64,000 bases of DNA from Octopus sinensis (lineage: Eukaryota), in NCBI RefSeq assembly GCF_006345805.1, contig NW_021832010.1, positions 11,548 through 75,547 of the forward strand. The letters are read 5' to 3'. Shown piece after piece: positions 1-11,799 of the stretch; position 1 is the stretch's first letter; every line of letters begins with the position of its first letter. Both the position numbers and the translations under genes were made by a program. The notes under the pieces were generated by a model. It searched no databases, was not told the origin of the DNA, and saw only the letters and a list, made by a program, of their open reading frames with translations.

Positions 1-818
1 CATTAAAAATAAAACTGTCCAAGTTTATTTTGTTTCTCTAGTCATTCCTAGAATGGGCAAGGTTCGGGGATTGCTTTTATAACAATGCTTGATGTGATTT
101 CCAAGTTCAACATTCCAATACTATGGGCTGTTCTTTACTTTCTAATGCTTTTCTCACCCGGACTAGGAACACAAATTGGAAACATTCAAGGCGTAAGTTG
201 AGCAATATGTGAAATTGATCTTCCTCGGGTTATTAACAAAAAATGGATCCTGTCAGGTAATAAGCTAATTTAACTGACAAGGAACATTTTGTGGACTGTC
301 TTTCTTGATGAGTTTCATATTTACTGCAGAAAACAGACTTTATATCTTTGACCTCTTTAACGATTTCACCGCAAGTTATACAATTGTTTTTATCATTTTT
401 TTGGAATTTATATTCTTTGCTTATTTTGTGGACATTGACGCGTTTGCAAATAATAAGTTTTATTTTTAATGAGGAAATGAAACAGCTAACGGGACGAACT
501 CCTGGTTTGTTGTACAAGTATACAGTAAAGTTCGTGGCTCCTCTATTTATGGTGCTCATCCTCAGTTTACTCTTAATAAACAAATTCATAAATGGACTTC
601 AGTACAGCAGATATATTAAAGAAACAGTTCAGTTACGATTTTTATTACTTTAGGGAAATATGATGAAAACAGACTATCCACCTGGCTTTGTTGTAGTTAT
701 TATAATATTGGTCGGCGTCCCAATAGGGTTCCTTCCAGCTATTAGAATCAAAAATTATTTTAAAGAAAGGAAACAGAAACAAATTAAATACATTTCTTCA
801 CAAGCAAACATGTTATAG
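1..818 (+). pseudogene. SLC6 (sodium:neurotransmitter symporter) family transporter, 3' part; probably disabled
   Basis: Spliced translation gives GQGSGIAFITMLDVISKFNIPILWAVLYFLMLFSPGLGTQIGNIQG, FIFTAENRLYIFDLFNDFTASYTIVFIIFLEFIFFAYFVDIDA, FNEEMKQLTGRTPGLLYKYTVKFVAP and DYPPGFVVVIIILVGVPIGFLP, matching SLC6 TM8-TM12. A 25-nt intron lies at 257-281. There is an in-frame TGA at 199-201, and the intron at 442-463 ends AT instead of AG. Stop TAG at 816-818. The gene continues upstream of the window. Confidence 0.85.
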
Positions 819-1084
819 CTCACTAATGTTTACTAATTTTTTTGGACGTTTATTCATTTTATTTTCTTATAAGTTTTAAAAATCTATGGATTTTTAATAA
901 AATTAGTAAATGACCTGAACATTTTAAATCTTTCATAACCTCTAAATTAGTTTTAATGAAGTTAGAAACTGAACATTTAATCTTGAATTTCGAGTGTGCA
1001 CAGATTTTTAATGTGAAATTTGAATCTATGTTTGATTTTTAAGATACTCTATATATTGTCTATACTGAGTACTTCGAGTATAGA

Positions 1085-1850
1085 CCAGGATATCAAACGT
1101 GCAGCCCGCGAGCCTTATGTTCAACAGTAGCATTTAGTGGAGCAATGCAACAGTACCGTGCAGTTCAATTTTATGCCTATAAAATACAAATTGCATTGGT
1201 TATCGATTCACAAAGTTGTCAAAAAAATTTATCTGTTAAAACAGGAAATAATTTCATTTATGAAAATTAAAACCCAAAAGACATACAAGATGAAAAGTGA
1301 ATCTTGGATCCAAGATTATGTCTTTGCAATTAATATTACTACACCTTTGAACGACCTTAATTTGAAATTATAAGGCAAAAAAAGCTCATAACTCAGTTGT
1401 CAAGATGATATCAAGTGTACATACGTAATGAATTTTTTCAAGTTTGAGAGAAAACTGGATTTGTTGTTAAAGAAATTTTAGGAAAGATTTGATGATTTCT
1501 CGTTTTTCGAACACAAATTTTCAATATTTAGAGCACAATTTGCTTTCAATGATTCAAATACAGATAAAAGTTTACAAATACAATTGTTTGAGATCCAATC
1601 GGATTTTATATTAAAAAGCTAAATATTTGGATGTCTGAATACCTGTTTTTTACGCATTTTCCTAAAGTTTAAACAATTTAGAAATTTGCTACCAGAATAA
1701 TTGCTATGTTTGTTCGACATATGTTCATAAAAACATAAATTACAGATGAAAATTTATCGGCTTTGATTAAAGTCGGGACTACAAAAATAATTGAGCCCGA
1801 CATATCAAAAATTGTATCCGAAAAAATGTCAATCATTCGAGAAGCTCTAA
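1085..1850 (+). mobile_element. Degenerate hAT (SPIN/GTF2IRD2-like) transposon remnant
   Basis: TIR-like start caggatatcaaacgtgcagcccgcg. Broken frames read WIQDYVFAINITTPLNDLNLKL and LTDENLSALIKVGTTKIIEPDISKIVSEK, typical of the GTF2IRD2-type transposase C-terminus. Confidence 0.75.
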
Positions 1851-2139
1851 CAGTGCTTCCCGATTGAGGGGGTGCCGGGAATGATTTTGAAAATTTAATA
1901 TATTTCTTAAAATATATCATTAAAAACTCGTGGTATTTGCTGAATCTACTGATGTTGCCAATTGCAGTCAACTATTTGCCTTTGTTCGTTATGTGTAAGG
2001 AAATTTAATTGCCGAAAAGTTTCTTTTTTTTAAAGCTCTCTAAAAAAAGTCTGCATAAATGTTTTCCATATACTTGATACTTTTTAATGCACATTATTTT
2101 TTATTGGAAATTATCGGATCAATTTAGGCCTTTAGTTAT

Positions 2140-2460
2140 GTTAGGAAATAAGTCGGGGTTTGCAACTTATTTACATGTTCCAAATGTAAAGATTACTCAC
2201 TGTGTTCTTTGTTGACATGCACTTGCATAAAAGATGTTTTAAATGAATGTATCAAAATAGTAAATTTTATTCGAGGAAGAGCTTTAAATCATAGATTTTC
2301 AAAGTATTATGTATTGATTATAATGACGCCATTGTTCTTTGTATCATATTAATCCGTTCGTATTCAAAATAGAAAATATAGATGGTAAAAAAGAAGTTAA
2401 AGGCAAGTTAATTGAATTGCAAACATCTACATCGCAGAAAATGTTTTACAACTCAAATTC
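2140..2460 (+). mobile_element. hAT (Buster/ZBED5-like) transposase fragment
   Basis: Broken frame reads GNKSGFATYLHVPNVKITHCVL..HALA..KDVLNECIKIVNFIRGRALNHRF. Confidence 0.7.
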
Positions 2461-3009
2461 TTTGGAGGTTTTTGTTGCGGTTTGCAAGTAGGGTTTCTGA
2501 AACTTGCAAAAAAATCACTCAGATTCGGGTATCATTTGCAACAACTTGACTATGTAAATCTGGATTTTACCCCCACTATATATAAAAAAAATAAGAACAG
2601 AAACTCTTTTAGCCCTAAAAACGACCTCGGAACTCCATTAGCAAACAAAATTTCGCGTTTCGAAGAATTAATTAAAACTAAAAGGCAAAAAAATTTCAAG
2701 TTGAGGGTGCGAAACACTGACTTATAGCATTTAGTTTTGTCTGGTTTCGTCACAACATATCCGCGATATATGAAGGCCATGGTATTATAGAGCAACACAC
2801 CAAGGAAATTTTACAAAGAATAGAGATTTATTGAAAATATGAAAAGTAGGTTGGAATCGAATCAACGGCGGTCTTTTGTAAAATTGCGGTGGACCTCATT
2901 TTAAGAAAACTCCGCCTTGGGACATACTACATTTGTTAACTAAATTATGAAAAATCAATTACATTTAACACTTCTTTTTGGAGCTTTGATTTTGCATTGA
3001 ATAAAATTT

Positions 3010-3300
3010 GTTAGCTTACTCCTCATCTAAAATAGTTACTTTTGATCTAATTGTGCTGGAGAAAAATTCAAACCATTAATAATCGGAAAATATAGGAATC
3101 CTAGATTTTTTAATTTCTCCGGAGATTTGTCACTTTTTGAGACATTAAAAAATTATGGCTTAAACAAATTAATGCAATGGTGACTTGTCAAAGACTAATT
3201 TACTTTTTTGTGAACAAGATAAATTCTTAATGTCACTATAAGTTAATGTTTCAGTAATGGATTTAGGAACCAATTAAAAAAATAAAGTATTGTCGAACAA
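3010..3300 (+). mobile_element. pogo/Tigger DDE_1 transposase fragment
   Basis: Reads AGEKFKPLIIGKYRNPRF, the Tigger/CENP-B family motif (GEKLKPLVIGK..PR). Confidence 0.7.
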
Positions 3301-3314
3301 AAATTAAAAATAAA

Positions 3315-4850
3315 CTAACACAATTCAGTTCTTCTCAGTTCGGAAATCAAAGGTTTGATCAATACCTTAAAAAGATAAACAAAATGAACTACCAAAGCAC
3401 AGCTTCCGACTGAGGTAACAAGTAAATAGAAAAGATAGTGCCACAAATATGAAGAAAGAAACCCTGACAAGACCGGTCCTAATGCACCTCCTGGAAAAAA
3501 TTTAACAAATATAAACCAAGAGATCCAAATCCGTCAAGAAAGCCGGTTATTGCGGCCCCACTTCTCCCCATCTTCTTAACCAAAGGGTCGTGAGACATGT
3601 CAATGGAAACTGCAGTAACAAGGAGACCAAAACATCCATTTATAGAAAATCCGATAAAAAACAACATTACTAAAATGTAAGTCTAGTATACCTGCAGAAT
3701 AGCTGTACGAAACAATGCTGTAGAAGTTGTAAAAGAACAAGAGAGGGCATGCAACGATGGATAAAATCTCGCATACGAGGATACGTCTTCCGAGAAAGTC
3801 GGTGGCTAAACCACCCACAATGACTCCAAGAATACTTCCCATGTCGTAGAAGGTCGACATCCTCCCTGCTTGCTCTGGAGTGAATTTGGAATGATATTTG
3901 TGGAGAATATAAACAGGGAGCCAATATAGAAGAGTATAACTTGTCAATTTGAGAAAAAATGACGCAAAAGAGTACAGGAAAATATTCTTTTTAATTATCA
4001 AGATTATAAAAACCGGAATTTTAAAGAGATTCTTTAGGGAAATGGATTCATGGGTCGAATCTTCATTTTCTTCATCTTCCAAAAGTCGATAGGTTTGAAC
4101 GACGATTCCGACAGATTCAAGTCCTTCACAAATGGTTATAAATTATAACTCTCCAGAAGGAAGAAAAAAGTAAGGATGGGAAATAATAAAAGAAGAAGTC
4201 CGGGGACGACAAATGACCACCCCCAATCGGTTTTTAGAAATAAAGAGGCAATCAAAGTGCCGACAATGTTTCCGAGACTTGCATTGGACGTCCAAATTCC
4301 CATAATCAGTCCTCGACTAGAATAAGTTTACGACAAGAAACAGTTTGAAGGAAGACCAGTTGGACATGACAGCGACAACGCAAGGCCAACTCGCAGACAT
4401 TGCCAGTCCACAAAACAACTATGCCTTATGTAAATTCAAGTACTTGGATAAATAAATAGTACATGTATGAGTGTATAGAGTAGAAATACCCAATCCCAAA
4501 CATCATGGTGAACACTGCAGCCAAGATGTTGGAGAAAGATAAAATGTAGCGGAGTCCCAGTCCTTCCACGGTCTGAGCGAAAGGAAACATTCCTGCGGCA
4601 TAGCCAAAGAGAAATGCTGAGTCCAGTCCGCCCAAAAGAGTTTTGTAATTACTTTTATCTGAATTTATTAAACAATTAATCATTATTTGATTGGTAATTA
4701 GATCGACCGCATCTATACCGAAAGGAATCCAGGCTTGGGAGCAGTTTGTACAATTGACGGGATGGAGAACAGTCTAAAATGATTTATTACATTTTTGTAC
4801 CTTAACAATGCTGAGCGGATTATCTAAATGCCTTTTTGTAAATAATAATT
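3315..4850 (-). pseudogene. SLC37A: SLC37A-family sugar-phosphate exchanger (MFS); 5' exon missing, one frameshift
   Basis: Spliced translation: LSIVK|TVLHPVNCTNCSQAWIPF|DKSNYKTLLGGLDSAFLFGYAAGMF...ASWPCVVAVMSNW..K|LRGLIMGIWTSNASLGNIVG...FFLKLTSYTLLYWLPVYI...FYDMGSILGVIVGGLATD...AITGFLDGFGSL|GGALGPVLSG. Most introns are 22-27 nt; one is 60 nt. Stop TAG at 3315-3317. One extra T in a T5 run near 4412 breaks the frame and could be a homopolymer assembly error. No start exon was found; a Helitron repeat unit lies just upstream. Confidence 0.85.
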
Positions 4851-4877
4851 CATAATAGTTTATACGCGAGTCATCCG

Positions 4878-4958
4878 AAAAAAATATTTTCTGCATTTTG
4901 GTTAAAATGAACAACAACGATGTCCTCGACTCACATGATGAAGTTTCTTTAAACCTTT
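4878..4958 (+). repeat. Solo copy of the Helitron-derived ~93-bp minisatellite unit
   Basis: tctgcattttggttaaaatgaacaacaacgatgtcctcgactcacatgatgaag is nearly identical to the unit at 28800-29928. Confidence 0.9.
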
Positions 4959-5469
4959 TCTCCAAAAATAGAACTAATACTGTCGATTAACATAAGAAAT
5001 TGAATTTAAAAGACGGTCTTCTGTTTACGTATTTCGGGTGGAAAATGTTACTCAACAAACAATTGAAAAATAAGAGATTTAGAGGTTTGACTGTATCTTG
5101 GTTTGGTTGAGAGTCCAGCCTCATTAATTACTCCAGAAACGAAAAAGTGCGTAGTGGAGAGTGTTGATAGTAGTGCGGGAATGCAAAATTTGTCTCAATG
5201 GACGAAACTTGTTTCATTCCTTGAATACTGTTTTTCCTCTACCTAGAACCGTTGAATAGAGTTTTCACTGCCCTATTTGAACAAATGTCGCGATCTCAAT
5301 GCTAAACTACTACTTTGGTCTAGTCGAATTTGAGGTGTGCGAGTGATTGGACCTTATTGTTTAAAAAGTACTCCGAGAGAATCACGCTTACGTGTTTGCC
5401 AGCAATAAAAAGATTTTATTTGTCTCGCGGGCAGCTAGGCGTGGACTGAGTTGTTACTCAAATATGCGA

Positions 5470-5790
5470 ATTCTTACTGTAACTTACATCAGCCCTAGCT
5501 CATTTCAAGAAGGTCATACGTCCTCTTCCTACTTCCACTTTCTGCATTCCAACCTCCATGATAACAGTCTTGTTGCTGACTTTATCTTGGATCACAATCT
5601 CGGGTTTGTTGTGCTGGAAACTAAAGCACACCTTTGAGTTCTCACACAGCGATTGAATTTACTTGCCACCTCGTTATGTCTTTATGTACAATCATGATGC
5701 AGCACATTCGAGCACTTGGTGATTAAATGGTCAACGGTCATCGCTTTACTTCTACATTGGCTACATTGTTCCCTTTGACCATTGTTTTTC
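5470..5790 (-). mobile_element. R4/Dong-like (restriction-like endonuclease) non-LTR retrotransposon 3' fragment
   Basis: Broken frames read CSQCRSKAMTVDHLITKCSNVLHHDCT*RHNEVA, HNKPEIVIQDKVSNKTVIMEVG and YDLL..NELGLM, i.e. the CCHC knuckle plus the PD-(D/E)xK region. Confidence 0.75.
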
Positions 5791-5914
5791 TTGATTCACT
5801 TTGAACTTATTGATGAATGTGAAAGAATGTTTGAAAAAAATTACTCGTTAGAGATGAAACTTTCTTTTACACAACTTATTTATGAAAATCTGAAAACAAA
5901 ATTAGATGCAAGCT

Positions 5915-6030
5915 AGGTAAGTAACTAAAAGGATAGTCAAAAGCCTGAAGGTCAGCTTAATGACGCCGTGTCGCGGAGCACAGCGACCGAGATTCGTCGA
6001 AAAAGTCAGCTCGTCTTTCTTAGGTCGTTT
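5915..6030 (+). repeat. Dispersed ~110-bp repeat; inverted homolog at 60190-60325
   Basis: gtaactaaaa..agtc..agcct.a.gtcagct.aa..acgc..tcgcg.agc.cagcgac.ga.att aligns by eye with the reverse complement of 60190-60325. Confidence 0.6.
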
Positions 6031-6654
6031 GTTTTCGAAGAAATTTTCCTACCGATGTCATTTAGGAGTTAAGTCAAAAATCCTCTTTTGGATGCTATTC
6101 GGTAAATTAGAACACTTGTAAAATCAAACACAATCTCCCTCTGCTTAATAATTGTGGAATTTAAGTCAAAATATATAATATGTGACCGGCACATTTCTAA
6201 CAAATGGTAGATCAAATCTGCCACTTTGCCTACATTTCCAAGCAAAGGAGCACAAACAGTTTTTTTGCATTTCCAAGCAAAGGAGGAATTGGATGTTTAA
6301 AGGGAAGGATATTCCTGTATCTGAACTTCGAACTGCAGCAATTTCCAGGCATTCATGTCCTAAATTGACTGCAATTCGGAAGGAGCGGTTCTTATTTTTG
6401 GGATATCTAATAATAAAATAAGTATTGCATACTTTTTAATGTCTCATCACATATAAGCCATTCGCTCCATAGTTTTATCAAATCTATCAGTTTTTATCAA
6501 ATCTCGATTTTTACCCAAAACTAATGCTACCAAAATTTTATATTTTCTATCTTTCATATATTCAGGTTATTACTCGTAACGGTATTATCTTGCTAAAAAT
6601 TGTATTGTCTTTTGCAAATAAGAATTTGTTTTTTGCATACACAGGATCACTATA

Positions 6655-6790
6655 TGTTCATTGCAAAAAAGCAGGAAGAATGCGGATTATCTAGCCACGC
6701 AGTCTGGTAGCATCCTAAACACTGATTATCTCCGGAAACATAATGAAGTGCTAAAAATGATTTTCTTCCATTTCTCGTTAAATATGGTTA
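6655..6790 (+). mobile_element. R4/Dong-like non-LTR fragment (zinc-knuckle region)
   Basis: ADYLATQSGSILNTDYLRKHNEVLKMIFFH matches the xDHLxxxCxxxxxxDYxxRHNEV motif also seen at 5470-5790. Confidence 0.6.
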
Positions 6791-7958
6791 AAAGCTTTTT
6801 GAAATCAAATTATCTGGATTGGATATTTTTTGCGTCAGTAGAGGTTTCTGTTTGCTACCCAGGCATTTTTGAATACACGTCAACAGTAAAATTAGTTTTG
6901 GCGATTTCAGATACACAAAAAATTATGGTTCATTCTTCGAGATTAATTGTAATGTATTTTTCTGAACTAAAGCCAGTTTTGGGAACGTTCTAATGCAATT
7001 TTTTGCGATGTGATGCCGTCTTTAGAAGATTTTCTTGTCACAAATCCCAAAGTCAATCTTTAAATTTGTAGCATTAAAAATTTTTGTCATTCCCCAAATA
7101 AAACACAAGAAACGGAAAAAATAAAGTCACATAATCCCTACACGCTTTAAAAAGCTCTTATCTTTGATAATAACTTCCTTTTCCACGAGATCCATAATAT
7201 TTATAACTCAGCTTGGGCAAAACACAAACTTTATTTTTGAGTGAAAAACAGTTAATTTTAACTAATCATATAACAATGATCTTCACTTTTTATGCGCATC
7301 CTTTCTAGACAATCCAGTTGAGATTAATCCTCATCTTTATTGCTATTGTTGCATAACCCCGATCTCACATTAAGTTATGAGACCAGCAGCTTGCAGAAAC
7401 AACAGCGCCCTCCCAGGTTGCTCCCATAGGACCTCCGGGGAGTGAATGGCAAATTTTTTACATAGTGAAAAAAAACAGGACAGCGGAATAGATGGGCAGT
7501 TGTGTGCTTGTCAGCACGGCAATCCTCATCTTTATATTTTTTTATGCTAAGCAAATAATTTAAATCTTGTCAAGAATTGTTGCAAAATATTAATTTATAA
7601 TTTTTTTAGAAAAAAAGTCGAAATAAAGCATATCCAACTGTTTTTATTTGCCACTGTATTCCTCTAAAGATTATTCCTTTGTCATATTTACAATCATCAG
7701 GAGATTATCTAGCACTTTGTAATTATTAAGATCGAATTCTATAATTCTCTTTATTTTCCACTTACGCAATATTATCGAACATTTTAATAAAATAACAATC
7801 GAACCATAACCAATCAAGACTATCAAATAAAGTGGCATCCTTTCATATGACAGCGTAGACTAGTGCTCTCATAATATAAATCTAATAATTAACAAATGAA
7901 AAGACTTTATTCTAGCAATACTAATTGCTGTCACATGAAAATAGAACTAGTTATTAAA

Positions 7959-10400
7959 TTAAACGTCGTGCAAAGGAAAATATTTATTCATTCTGCTGGG
8001 GAGAAAACACCAGGCAGTGACTACGAAAAACACAATCGTGATCAGTTCCGAGAGAACAACCGACACCCAAAACAAATCATACGGAAGAACGGCGTTTAGA
8101 AAGTACACAAGAACTCTCGACAAATACAAGTAACACACGACCTTGAGATTAAAATTCAATAGCACACCAGAAAATAAAACGACGAAATAGTTTAAGCTTC
8201 CGCAAGTTGACCTTAGCCTTGTGATCACATTTGAGGTGAGACTTGAGCAGTTGGATAGAACTTGATAAAGAATAACACTTACTGAATAAAGGAAAACAGA
8301 AGTATTGCACAACACATCAAGTCTACAATGAGAAAGACCAGTCTCCAGGCTTTGAAGGCTCGATTGAATTGCTTGTTCTCCTCAATAACGACATAGGCCA
8401 CATTCGCCAATATCTACACTCAAACCAACTACTAACCTGAAGAGAAATCAGCAGAAAGAAAAGGCGTTTATCACAAGGAGAGAGAATGTGTTTGATGAAG
8501 ATCCAACCTGCCCCAATGAGAGCAATTGTGGCCACCATGAAGGCTCCATTCATTCTGAGAATAAGCAGGAAAACTACACGTAGGTTATGTAAAATGTCAC
8601 AGGCTGGATAATTCCCTGGGTTGGATAATACCCCCTTAAAAATTTTATTAAAATAAAACGAAAATAACCTGATAATTAATTAAAAATAACTTGATAATGA
8701 AATTAAGTCGATTTATTCAATTTTTTATCAATTTTTTGATTGAATGAATTTTTCCAAGAATCGACAAAAACCGGCATCACCAATTTTTCCGAATCAATAA
8801 CGTATTTTACTATAATTATACAATTTTTTAGGTCTACCATTTAAAAACAAATATTAAAAATTCATAAATTTTTATTATATAAAATTTTTTTATAAGAGTC
8901 ATTTTTTTATACGACTTTTGTGTACATGTTTGGATAATTCGTCATTCAGATCGAAATAATCGGATCCAATTATCTCCGATTGACTTGATTCAGCCGCTTC
9001 ATTTCCATCGAATGACAATAACGCCGGTCTTATTTCCTCCGGGATTAAATGATTTCCTCGCATAAAAATTTCGAAAGGTGTCATCTTGGTCGTTTCATGC
9101 TTCGCCATGTTATATTTATAAACGATTTCTTGATAGAAGTCTTTATAGCTTCCAAAAAACCCATTTGAGGCACTAGTTGAGCTAATCCACCTTTTGATCG
9201 ATTGATTGAATCTAAAGATAAATTTACAAATAACTTGCCTTTCTCTGTAGAATAAATGGGGGACCAATCATGTAAAAAATATTCTTTAATTTTCTAGTAA
9301 TTTCCTCCGCTGATTTCCGCCTGGCAAGTTTTACAACTGCGAATTTAGAAAATGAGTCTATAACCACAACCAACTACAATTTATACAAAAAGAAATACCC
9401 ATCCATTATCGCTACTAAGGCTAGCATACCTTCTTAAATCTATCCCTTCCTCCTCGAAAATTAACTATTCTGCTAATTTTCTGTATCTTTTTCAGATTTC
9501 TGCAATCGGTAATATAAAAAACATCTATTTGAATATTTTTGATTACTTCAAGTTCATCTTTGGTAAGGTTGAGAATAACCATTTCTGAAATATAGATTTG
9601 ATCGATTATACTTATTATTTTTTCAAATTGGAAAACTTAGATAACCAAAACAAATTTACATGCTAGATTAGTTTGAAAAAAACTTTGATAAATTACTAAA
9701 ATAATTAAGAAAATCAAAAAATCTAATCAAAATTAATTTGAAAAAATATTTATTTTTTTAAAATAACGTTGAGAGGGCATTATCCAACCCAGGGCATTAT
9801 CCAGCCGGTGACATAAAATAATGTGGCGAAAGCAAGATCATTCAGTCCGTGTGTCTTGACAAAAAAGTAGTTCAACTAAAATATTCCAAGACCGAATACA
9901 TCAAAAAAGAGTAAAGAAACAGCCTTCAAAACCACCACCATCAACATCATGTAGTGAGGACCCATCCCCCGCGGACAACTCACCAGAATGGAACACCAGG
10001 AAACGACAGCAATCAAATATAGCAATGAAAATAAGACATAAATCAAAGGCAGTGGAGTTTCGCCTGCCGATAAATAACTATTTCCATTTATTTCCGTCAA
10101 ATCAGCCAAAAGTGACACTTTAAAGGCATCTCTGCAATTATGGTAGTGTACTCCCCCTCACTCATCCTGCCCATGTAGAACACCATTTGACATTATTGCA
10201 CTACTCATACGTCCAAGCTGTAAAAATAATCCTGTCGGGAGATCAACACGTTCTCCGCCGACTGACATTGCTGGTCAAACCAATCGCAGGAGGCATTAGT
10301 CTGCCCGTCCACCACAAATATGTAAAGAACCTTTAACCACAAGAGGTTCTTTACTTGTTTCCTACTTATTGTGACGTGTCTTAACACTATATGTCGTACA
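7959..10400 (-). pseudogene. GPR107: GPR107/GPR108 (lung seven-TM receptor, GOST family) gene interrupted by a transposon
   Basis: HNCRDAFKVSLLADLTEINGNSYLSAGETPLPLIY...KAVSLLFFD|LNYFFVKTHGLNDLAFATLFY[TE]ITYV|MNGAFMVATIALIGAGWIFIKHILSPCDK...LQ|ILANVAYVVIEE...DLMCCAILL...KAKVNLRKLKLFRRF..VVCYLYLSRV...stop at 7959. Introns are 22-26 nt. Other lesions: an intron ending AA instead of AG near 10188, and a frameshift near 10145. The 5' end is not resolved. Confidence 0.9.
8595..9813 (-). mobile_element. Ginger2/TDD-like DNA transposon, internally deleted, 1219 bp
   Basis: ~39-bp TIRs tgtcac(a/c)ggctggataat(t/g)ccctgggttggataat. 5-bp TSD TAAAA at 8590-8594 and 9814-9818. Internal ORF 8899-9267 encodes the C-terminal half of an rve integrase (RFNQSIKRWI...IVYKYNMAKHETTKMTPFEIF). 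TGT...ACA ends with a Gypsy-type integrase and TIRs define the Ginger group. Confidence 0.85.
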
Positions 10401-11029
10401 TAACCCTGAGAGTTCCCCAGAAGTACCCCACTATAAAATTTACGGGCTTCTTCTCTGACCTATTCCTCTCCTTCAAGCGAGGGCGGTCAAGGCTGATCAA
10501 TTAAATCCTTAATAATGCGTTCAAGAAGGGATTTTAGATTCATTTTAATCCCAGAAGCCAAAGACCTCGGTTTTTTGAACAGTGCTCAAAAGTTCAAGTC
10601 CAAAAGGTGCAAAACAGAAAAGACAAATCCAGGATTTGCATAACTGGAGTGCCTACTCAACAATTTGAGAACATTCCCAATTTTTGTCATCTTTTTTCGG
10701 ATATCACAATTTTTTCCATTTAAAATATATTTTGCTGTGGCTTAACAGAATTGTGGACATGAGAGACTTTACGGTATCATTCTCTAACTAATGAATTGGT
10801 GCCCCGACATTCATTACTCTCAGTCACTGCTAATTGGTGGGTTTTTAAGATCTCATTTTGTAAAAATGAATGCAAACATGGACCCCAAGTGTGTTGTGTT
10901 ATCATCGTGACTTTTTTTTGTAATTAGATGAACAGTTTGTGTTATACTGGATTTGAAAAGTATAACAAATATTCTAAGCAGGCTTGTATTTCGTAATTGC
11001 AGTCCTAATTACATATTATATTTCTTGTA

Positions 11030-11400
11030 ATGGATGGCAACTACATACAAGGACCCGCCTGTCCCTCCTCTGCGGGGTCAGCGACAGTTAACGTCCCCAG
11101 GACTTCAAAAACACAGTCTATACATACCTCCAAAGTACCCCACCCCAACCACACAGGAAACCCCAACTCCCAGGACCGCCTGCTCACCGTGAGACGAAAG
11201 ACCGACAGTCGGAAAACGTGTGCTGGCCTGTCAGGATAAGGCCAGACAAGCCGGGCGAGGTCGCTGGGGGGGTCTCTCCCGGGAGATTGTGTGGCGAGTA
11301 CTGTGTGTGGTGGACGACAGTCAGTCCTCTTGTTGGCCAGACAAGGAAGGGACTGTTCTGGTCTCATTTGGCCTGATTGGTAGGCTTGGTCGAACACGTC
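11030..11400 (+). other. GC-richer coding-like fragment, possibly a Tudor-SN (SND1) SN-domain remnant
   Basis: CQDKARQAGRGRWGGLSREIVWRV resembles the SN-domain C-terminal motif (EEQAKAAKKGMW...RDLKY). A micro-intron-like gtaccccaccccaaccacacag is present. No continuous gene could be built. Confidence 0.25.
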
Positions 11401-11614
11401 GTGAATGCATCCAAAATGAGAATTCTGTTATTAGAGGACTGACAGTATGTTTATGTCACTCTCCACGGAATACGCGTGTGTTGTCCCCGACTGTTGAATG
11501 TACTGGTTTGTACTGACTGAGAGGAACAAGCAAAGGCGTTTATGGTGGCTTGTCTTTTGCAGAGGAAAGTGACTAGTGGCATATTTATCTTAGAAAAGTG
11601 ATGTAGCCATCAGT

Positions 11615-11675
11615 CTCATATCGTCTACAATGAGGACAGTGGGACCACCAATGTTCTCAGGATCGACCGAGACTG
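11615..11675 (-). repeat. Duplicated 61-bp piece of EFL1 (source 13744-13804), including its 24-nt intron
   Basis: ctcatatcgtctacaatgaggacagtgggaccaccaatgttctcaggatcgaccgagactg versus ctcatatcgtctacaatgagggcaatgggaccaccaatattctcaggctccaccgagactg. Confidence 0.85.
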
Positions 11676-11799
11676 TAGGCATTTATCACTTTAGTTATTG
11701 ATTCAGTATTCACTAGTTTTCTCAGATTTCTTAATACGGTTTCAAGATAGATAAAACAGACGACATCGAATCACTTTAGGGGGTTCCAATATTTGTTTT

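Noticed and set aside
442-457. A 16-nt intron in SLC6 that would restore the frame
   Set aside because: A 22-nt intron (442-463) with its acceptor mutated to AT gives IDA|FNEEMKQLTG, which fits the family alignment length exactly; 16 nt is below all other introns seen.
6225-6290. 18-bp direct repeat catttccaagcaaaggag (two copies)
   Set aside because: It is a local duplication with no associated element ends or coding context; likely slippage.
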